NCBI GenBank assembly: GCA_964521865.1 | Contig: CAZFTJ010000001.1 | Location: 256,715-320,714 of the forward strand | Direction of reading: 5' to 3' | Length of the DNA stretch: 64,000 nucleotides | Source: an uncultured Spirochaetota bacterium | GTDB lineage: Bacteria > Spirochaetota > B62-G9 > DRHN01 | Shown here: one piece after another, positions 58,806 to 64,000 of the stretch | Layout of the letters: each line of letters begins with the position of its first letter | Numbering within the stretch: position 1 is the stretch's first letter | Program-made: the position numbers and the translations under genes | The notes under the pieces: model-generated | The model's input: only the letters and a program-made list of their open reading frames with translations | What the model was told of the DNA's origin: nothing | The model's database searches: none

Positions 58806-59920
58806 TTGAAGTCAGCAATTTAACGAAGAAATACGGCGATTTCACCGCAGTGAAAGACGTCTCTTTCACCGTTCGCAAGGGGGAGGTATGCGTTGTTATC
58901 GGTCCCTCTGGATGCGGAAAATCGACCACATTGAAGACAGTAAACCGCATGCTGGAGCCGACGGCCGGGGATATTTATATCGACGGCAGGAACGTGCTCG
59001 ATATCAAACCCGAGCTTCTTCGGCGTGGAATCGGCTATGTGATTCAGTACGTGGGCCTTTTTCCGCACATGACTGTCGGTGAGAATATCGCCGTTGTCCC
59101 CAGGCTCCTCGGCTGGGAGAAATCCACGGTAGAGACGCGGGTGGGCAGGCTTCTTGCGATGGTCGGGCTCGACCCGTCGACCTACAGGGACAAGTACCCC
59201 CATGAGCTTTCGGGCGGCGAGGCGCAGCGGATAGGCGTGGCCAGAGCGCTGGCGGCGGACCCGCCGATTCTTCTCATGGACGAGCCTTTCGGCGCCGTCG
59301 ATCCGTTGAATCGGGAGGTGCTGCAGCGGGAGTTTGTGAGGATTCAAAGAGAGCTCAAAAAGACGGTGCTGTTCGTTACCCACGACCTCGATGAGGCCGT
59401 ACGCATCGCGGACAGGATTATCATCATGAGAAACGGCACAATCATTCAGGACGATGTCCCGGAGATTATTCTCGCATCTCCGAAGAACAAGTTCGTCCAC
59501 GATTTTGTCGGCAGCGACCGTGCGCTGAAGCGTCTTTCCAGATTCAGCGTTTCGCAATACATGCACAAGCCGGTTTCCGTTGAAATGGGCGAAAACCTCC
59601 TGAATGCGGCGAAACGGCTGAGGGAGCGGAAACGGATTCGCTACATATGGGTCGTTGACCCCGGCAACAGGCTTGTAGGGTGGCTCGATACCGGGATTGT
59701 GGATAGAGACGCATCGGTCGAGGATGCGGTTACCCGGGCGGCGCCGGATTCGATTGCGGTCAGGGAGGATTCCACACTCAGGGAAGCGCTTGCAAAAATG
59801 CTCGGTGAGGGGATAAAGGTGGTACCGGTGGTCGATGCGGCTGCAGCGGTGGTCGGCGAGGTCAGCCTGAAGGACATAGAGAAAATAACCGAAGAGGTGG
59901 ATGCGAGTTGGGAAGAGTGA
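58802..59920 (+). CDS. Osmoprotectant ABC transporter ATP-binding protein with C-terminal tandem CBS domains (OpuCA/ProV-like)
   Basis: Walker A GPSGCGKST, signature LSGGEAQRIGVARAL, Walker B ILLMDEPFGAVD, and a C-terminal CBS pair. Confidence 0.85.
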   Translation: MIEVSNLTKKYGDFTAVKDVSFTVRKGEVCVVIGPSGCGKSTTLKTVNRMLEPTAGDIYIDGRNVLDIKPELLRRGIGYVIQYVGLFPHMTVGENIAVVPRLLGWEKSTVETRVGRLLAMVGLDPSTYRDKYPHELSGGEAQRIGVARALAADPPILLMDEPFGAVDPLNREVLQREFVRIQRELKKTVLFVTHDLDEAVRIADRIIIMRNGTIIQDDVPEIILASPKNKFVHDFVGSDRALKRLSRFSVSQYMHKPVSVEMGENLLNAAKRLRERKRIRYIWVVDPGNRLVGWLDTGIVDRDASVEDAVTRAAPDSIAVREDSTLREALAKMLGEGIKVVPVVDAAAAVVGEVSLKDIEKITEEVDASWEE

Positions 59921-60675
59921 ACCGTCGAAAGATATTACAGTGGATTCCGATCGCCGCAATCACTCTGGTTTTTCTTCTCATTGTATTCGACCGGCGGTTT
60001 CTGAAGCTGCTTCTTGCGCTCGTCTTTCCGGGCGAAACCCAGCTTTTGTATCCCAGAGCGGGGCTTCCGGGACTTCTCGGAGAGCACCTGGTGCTCGTGC
60101 TGTTTTCGAGCCTCGTAGCGGTCGGCATCGGGGTCGCCGTGGGAGTTTTTGTAACCAGGCCTGCGGGGCGCGAGTATCTTCACCTGGTGAACGACCTGAG
60201 CTCGCTGGCGCAGACGGTTCCGCCGGTTGCGGTGCTGGCGCTCGCCGTTCCGTTTATCGGTTTCGGATTCAAGCCCACGGTTCTCGCTCTGTTTCTCTAC
60301 AGCATACTTCCAATCATCCGAAACAGTATAGCCGGTATAGAAAATATTTCGCCCCTGCTCGTAGAGGCGGCCCGCGGAATGGGAATGACCCGTTTGCAGG
60401 TGCTGCTGAAAATCGAAATGCCGCTCGCGCTCAGGGTTATCATGGCGGGCATCAGGACGTCGGTCGTTATAAATGTCGGAACAGCGACAGTCGGCGCCGT
60501 GGTGGGAGCCGGCGGCCTAGGCACCCCGATTATATCCGGACTCGTTCGCGAGAATCCCGCGTTCGTCATTGAGGGCGCGGCCTCGGCCGCGCTTTTAGCT
60601 TTTTTAATGGATCAGTATCTGGGCAAAATCGAGCAGGGACTGTCCGAACGCTACGGCCTCGAAACGGAAGAGTGA
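59908..60675 (+). CDS. Osmoprotectant ABC transporter permease (OpuCD/OpuBD-like)
   Basis: EAA loop AARGMGMTRLQVLLKIEMPLALRVIMAGIR. It overlaps the ATPase gene end. Confidence 0.8.
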   Translation: MGRVNRRKILQWIPIAAITLVFLLIVFDRRFLKLLLALVFPGETQLLYPRAGLPGLLGEHLVLVLFSSLVAVGIGVAVGVFVTRPAGREYLHLVNDLSSLAQTVPPVAVLALAVPFIGFGFKPTVLALFLYSILPIIRNSIAGIENISPLLVEAARGMGMTRLQVLLKIEMPLALRVIMAGIRTSVVINVGTATVGAVVGAGGLGTPIISGLVRENPAFVIEGAASAALLAFLMDQYLGKIEQGLSERYGLETEE

Positions 60676-60972
60676 TTGCCCGTTTCGTATGTATAACAGC
60701 TGGATAAATGATATAAAAAATAGGCAAGTAAACTTTCAATCGTAGAAGATTCAAATCAGCACTTGCCTAATGGTGTTTACCTTAATTTCCCAGTGATTAA
60801 AAGGACACGGAAAAGTAAAAGACTATTATTTTCTGTAAATTCTGGTACAAAATACCAGACTTTAAATAGATAAAACCATAATATGTACCCTCAATATGCT
60901 CTGTTTGGCCGATACATGAGTAATGTGACCTCGCAGTGTTGTGAAACAGGTTCGATACTATTGATAAGTAGT

Positions 60973-61368
60973 TCAGGCTATCGGTTCGCCGGCTCCGGGC
61001 ACGCCCAGGTTATATATCTTATCCAACCTGACCTTGACCACCGCTTTGGGCGGGGGCATGCCCGCCTTTTGCATCATTGCCACAGCCTCATTATAAATTT
61101 TCCCGGAGGTGACTACTTCTGGAGTGCCCACAAATCGAAACCCTGTCAAATGCTCCCGGTCAACCACAGCAATAGCCACTTTCGATCCGCTTCCCACGTT
61201 GCTCCAGGTCTGCTTGCCAGTGACCTCGTTATATAACAGGTGCTCATCGTCCAGAACCCTGGTGCTGCGCTTAGGGCCTACATTGGGGGTGCCGTCAGCG
61301 TTGACTGTAGCCACAAAGCACTGCTGAGCCGCTATCATTTCTTTCATTTCGCGGGTAAGTTTAGCCAT
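60973..61368 (-). CDS. Pyridoxamine 5'-phosphate oxidase-related FMN-binding protein
   Basis: MAKLTREMKEMIAAQQCFVATVNADGTPNVGPKRS, the typical PNPOx-like split-barrel N-terminus. Confidence 0.65.
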   Translation of the reverse strand: MAKLTREMKEMIAAQQCFVATVNADGTPNVGPKRSTRVLDDEHLLYNEVTGKQTWSNVGSGSKVAIAVVDREHLTGFRFVGTPEVVTSGKIYNEAVAMMQKAGMPPPKAVVKVRLDKIYNLGVPGAGEPIA

Positions 61369-61408
61369 AAAGCATCTCCTTAATCATTATTGTAATTCAC
61401 AAAATTGC

Positions 61409-61906
61409 CTATTCTTTCGCAGACTCTTCGTTCTTTTGACAGAAGGAAATAGTGTTGAATGCAGCTTGGGTGTGCTTCATCGTTCGAAGCAGAGCCTCAA
61501 GGCCTCTGCACAGGAATTTAAGATCCTCCCGGTCAACTTTATTAAGCACTTTTTCCATTCTGGCAATCCAGGCATCTCGCAGCCTGCCAATCTGCTCGTG
61601 ACCTTTCTCGGTCAGGTGTAAAATATAGCTGCGGCGGTCTTCGGGATCTTGCCTGCGGTTGACCATCCCGTGTGCCACCAGCCGGTCAACTATACCCGTA
61701 ATATTGGCTTTGGGTACTTCCAGGACATCCGCCACTTTGCCGGGAGTCATCGATCCGTGGCAGGACAGGAGAAAACATATACGTAGCTGTGCTTTAGTTA
61801 AATTCAAATCCATCCAGGGCGACTGCTCCCGGGCTTCCAACGTCAGGAATGCCTCACGCTGCAATTCCATAATCTTCCTGATTAAAGCCTGCTTTCTTAT
61901 TTCCAT
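61409..61906 (-). CDS. MarR-family transcriptional regulator
   Basis: wHTH LNLTKAQLRICFLLSCHGSMTPGKVADVLEVPKANITGIVDRLVAHGMVNRRQDPEDRRSYILHLTEKG. Confidence 0.8.
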   Translation of the reverse strand: MEIRKQALIRKIMELQREAFLTLEAREQSPWMDLNLTKAQLRICFLLSCHGSMTPGKVADVLEVPKANITGIVDRLVAHGMVNRRQDPEDRRSYILHLTEKGHEQIGRLRDAWIARMEKVLNKVDREDLKFLCRGLEALLRTMKHTQAAFNTISFCQKNEESAKE

Positions 61907-62093
61907 ACAGCGGCGTCACCTCGATACCGGGGAACTTTGAATTCCCCCGGGAATACGGCGTCCTCTCAGATAGCGTAGAGCCTGCAGCCGCCGACATCTG
62001 TCACCTGGATTGTCGCTCTCCTGAGCAGGAGTCCAGAAATATAATCCATATTATATTGACAGTTTAACTTATATTGACTAAAGTTTCAAGATA

Positions 62094-63287
62094 ATGAAGC
62101 AATCTTATAATGCTTCCAAACAGAAGCTGTTAAGGGATAGGAATCTCCGGATTATCTTTTCCGTAACGCTGACGGCGGTGCTCGGAGTAACCAGCATCAC
62201 CCCGGTATTCCCAGAGGTGGTGCGCCGGCTCGGCATCAGCGGCGCCGAGGTAGGGCTGTTAATAACCTTCTTCACCCTGCCCGGCGTTGTTCTGGCACCC
62301 GTCCTGGGAGTGCTGGCCGACTACTTCGGCCGCAAGAGAATCCTGGTTCCCTCCCTCTTCCTGTTCGCCATTGCCGGTACCGCCTGTTTTTTCGCGCGCA
62401 GCTTCAGCACCCTGCTGGTGCTTCGGGTATTTCAGGGCATCGGGGGTGCCAGTCTCGGCTCCATTAACATCACCATTATCGGCGACCTCTACTCGGGAAG
62501 GCAGCGTGCCGAAGCGATGGGCCTGAATGCCAGTATCCTCAGCATAGGCACCGCTTCTTATCCCGCGATCGGCGGCGCTCTGGCCATTCTGGGCTGGAAC
62601 TATCCATTTGCCCTGCCCATTGTGGCTCTTCCAGTCGGGATTATCGTGCTGGTATCTCTGCGTAATCCGGAGCCCAGAGCTCACCAGGGCCTGAAAGAGT
62701 ATCTGGGCAGCACCTGGACATACCTGAAGAACATCAGGACGGTTGGTCTGTTTACGGCCGGGGTATTGACATTCGTTATTCTCTACGGCGCTTTTCTCAC
62801 CTACTTCACCCTGCTGCTGGATGAATCCTTCGGTGCATCGAGCTTTGTAATAGGACTGGTCATGTCCGGCATGTCCCTGGCCACTGCCGCTGTTTCATCA
62901 CAACTCGGCAGGTTAAACAGGCGGTTTTCCCTGGGAACCATCATCAAGCTCGCCTTTGCCGGATATGCACTGGCCCTGGTTTTAATGCCGTTTATGCCGA
63001 GCCTGTGGCTTTTACTCGTACCGGTATTAATCTTCGGTGTCGCCCACGGCGCCAATATTCCAAGCATTCAGACTGCGGTCGCCGGACTGGCACCGGTCGA
63101 GTACCGGGCTGCGTTTATGTCCATCAATGCCACCATGCTGAGGTTGGGGCAGACTGTTGGCCCTCCGCTAATGGCTGTTGCCTACGTCTACGGCGGGCTT
63201 GACTCTACCTTCCTGGCCGCCGCTGGCCTGGCGGCGCTGGTGCCGACGGTTGCCCTTCTATTCGGACGAAAAGAGAATGAAGGATAA
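62094..63287 (+). CDS. MFS transporter (12 TM, drug/metabolite efflux type)
   Basis: MFS motif A region GVLADYFGRKRIL. It is divergent from the MarR gene. Confidence 0.8.
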   Translation: MKQSYNASKQKLLRDRNLRIIFSVTLTAVLGVTSITPVFPEVVRRLGISGAEVGLLITFFTLPGVVLAPVLGVLADYFGRKRILVPSLFLFAIAGTACFFARSFSTLLVLRVFQGIGGASLGSINITIIGDLYSGRQRAEAMGLNASILSIGTASYPAIGGALAILGWNYPFALPIVALPVGIIVLVSLRNPEPRAHQGLKEYLGSTWTYLKNIRTVGLFTAGVLTFVILYGAFLTYFTLLLDESFGASSFVIGLVMSGMSLATAAVSSQLGRLNRRFSLGTIIKLAFAGYALALVLMPFMPSLWLLLVPVLIFGVAHGANIPSIQTAVAGLAPVEYRAAFMSINATMLRLGQTVGPPLMAVAYVYGGLDSTFLAAAGLAALVPTVALLFGRKENEG

Positions 63288-63341
63288 TCTTTTCCTGCCC
63301 TGAATAAAAAATTCATTTCCGGAGCGAGTACCGGGTATGTG

Positions 63342-63785
63342 CTATTTGCGGGTAGCTTCCGCCAGCTTTCGGCCCAGGTCCCTGCATGCCTGCAGCTCTT
63401 CGGTTCCCGGGGCGTTGGAAGCCACAACACCTTCTGATACCGGTTTCAAATCGAAGAAGGTAAAAAACCTTTCGATTTCCTGCACCGCACCCTTTTCTCC
63501 CGGGTTTTCCGAGCTGAAAGCCGCAGCCGGTTTACCGGAGACCTTTTCGTGAACACTCCACGCCCTGTCAAAAAATTCCCGCAGGGCGCCTGCCATGCCG
63601 TCGAAGGTATTCGGCGCTCCAAAGGCCGCCCCGTCCGCAGCGGCAAGCTCATCGGGTTGTGTCGCGGCTGCTTTTTTAACGGCGACTTCAACGCCTTGTA
63701 CTTTCCCCGCTCCTTCTGCAAGGGCCTGAGCCATCTTCTCCGTATTGCCGGTAAAGGTGTGATAGACGACTAAAATTTTGCTCAT
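63342..63785 (-). CDS. Flavodoxin / flavodoxin-like FMN-binding protein
   Basis: MSKILVVYHTFTGNTEKMAQALAEG (the T/SxTGNT FMN phosphate-binding loop); 147 aa. Confidence 0.8.
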   Translation of the reverse strand: MSKILVVYHTFTGNTEKMAQALAEGAGKVQGVEVAVKKAAATQPDELAAADGAAFGAPNTFDGMAGALREFFDRAWSVHEKVSGKPAAAFSSENPGEKGAVQEIERFFTFFDLKPVSEGVVASNAPGTEELQACRDLGRKLAEATRK

Positions 63786-64000
63786 AAGAGTACCTCCGCA
63801 AATGGATTTTTTTATCGTATTAGGCCATTTGAATTACATCGAGTCATCAAACTTATGCGCAGATCCTCCGTCATCGGGATGGAAATAGTTCTCAACATTA
63901 AGTATTATCCGATGGAGGGTCGTCTTTCGGTGGAAGCTCAAAGCCGAAGCGGACCCAGGTATCCAGGGTCGAGCAACCCAGACAGTCAATTTCCCTGCAT

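Overview
This 64 kb window is a compositional mosaic from a bacterial chromosome with a high-GC core (~58-62% GC, based on ileS, the pdh operon, comEC and hflX). By my estimate it carries four lower-GC insertions. No rRNA, tRNA or CRISPR arrays were seen.

(1) Positions 1-15.5 kb (~28-32% GC) hold an ABC-transporter-dependent polysaccharide (O-antigen/teichoic-acid-like) locus. It encodes a Wzm/Wzt-type ABC-2 permease and ATPase, a GHMP sugar kinase, GT1 and GT2 glycosyltransferases (one with two GT-A domains), and a SAM methyltransferase. It also has a four-gene polyprenol-phosphate sugar module: a GtrB/ArnC-like synthase, a small DUF2304-like membrane protein, a small 4-TM ArnE/EamA-like protein and a large GT-C-like membrane glycosyltransferase. 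This low-GC block abuts mid-GC genes for a WbaP-type phosphoglycosyltransferase, a WaaL/Wzy-like ligase and GalE (15.5-19.1 kb).

(2) Positions 19.1-21.8 kb form a small defense/toxin-antitoxin islet. It contains a protein with a 21-bp tandem heptad repeat and a PD-(D/E)xK-like C-terminus, a decayed MNT remnant, a PIN (DUF3368-like)/UPF0175 pair and an overlapping HEPN/MNT pair.

(3) The high-GC core codes for a HAD phosphatase, a PHP phosphoesterase, Lgt, a DegT-family aminotransferase, a secreted tandem CBM48-like protein, SSB and a DUF89 damage-control phosphatase. After an AT-rich islet of small ORFs it continues with a ~400 aa hyper-acidic protein, ComEA, HflX, ComEC, IleRS, a PNPOx-like protein and a pdhABC-lpd operon.

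(4) Positions 45.5-55.2 kb are a ~10 kb lower-GC island, and it is the most interesting element here. It holds an SNF2 helicase with an N-terminal SWIM zinc finger, and, convergent with it, a 1671-aa protein that fuses a BrxC/PglY-like (or KAP-like) P-loop ATPase to a C-terminal PglZ alkaline-phosphatase-type domain. A TPR protein lies upstream of the fusion gene on the same strand, and a truncated VapC remnant lies at the island edge. No PglX-type methyltransferase, BrxL or BrxA/B is present. I read this as a possibly undescribed, methylase-less BREX-related defense module.

The window ends with an HhH-GPD glycosylase, an OpuC-type osmoprotectant ABC transporter (substrate-binding protein, permease, CBS-containing ATPase, permease), a PNPOx-like protein, a MarR regulator divergent from an MFS transporter, and a flavodoxin.
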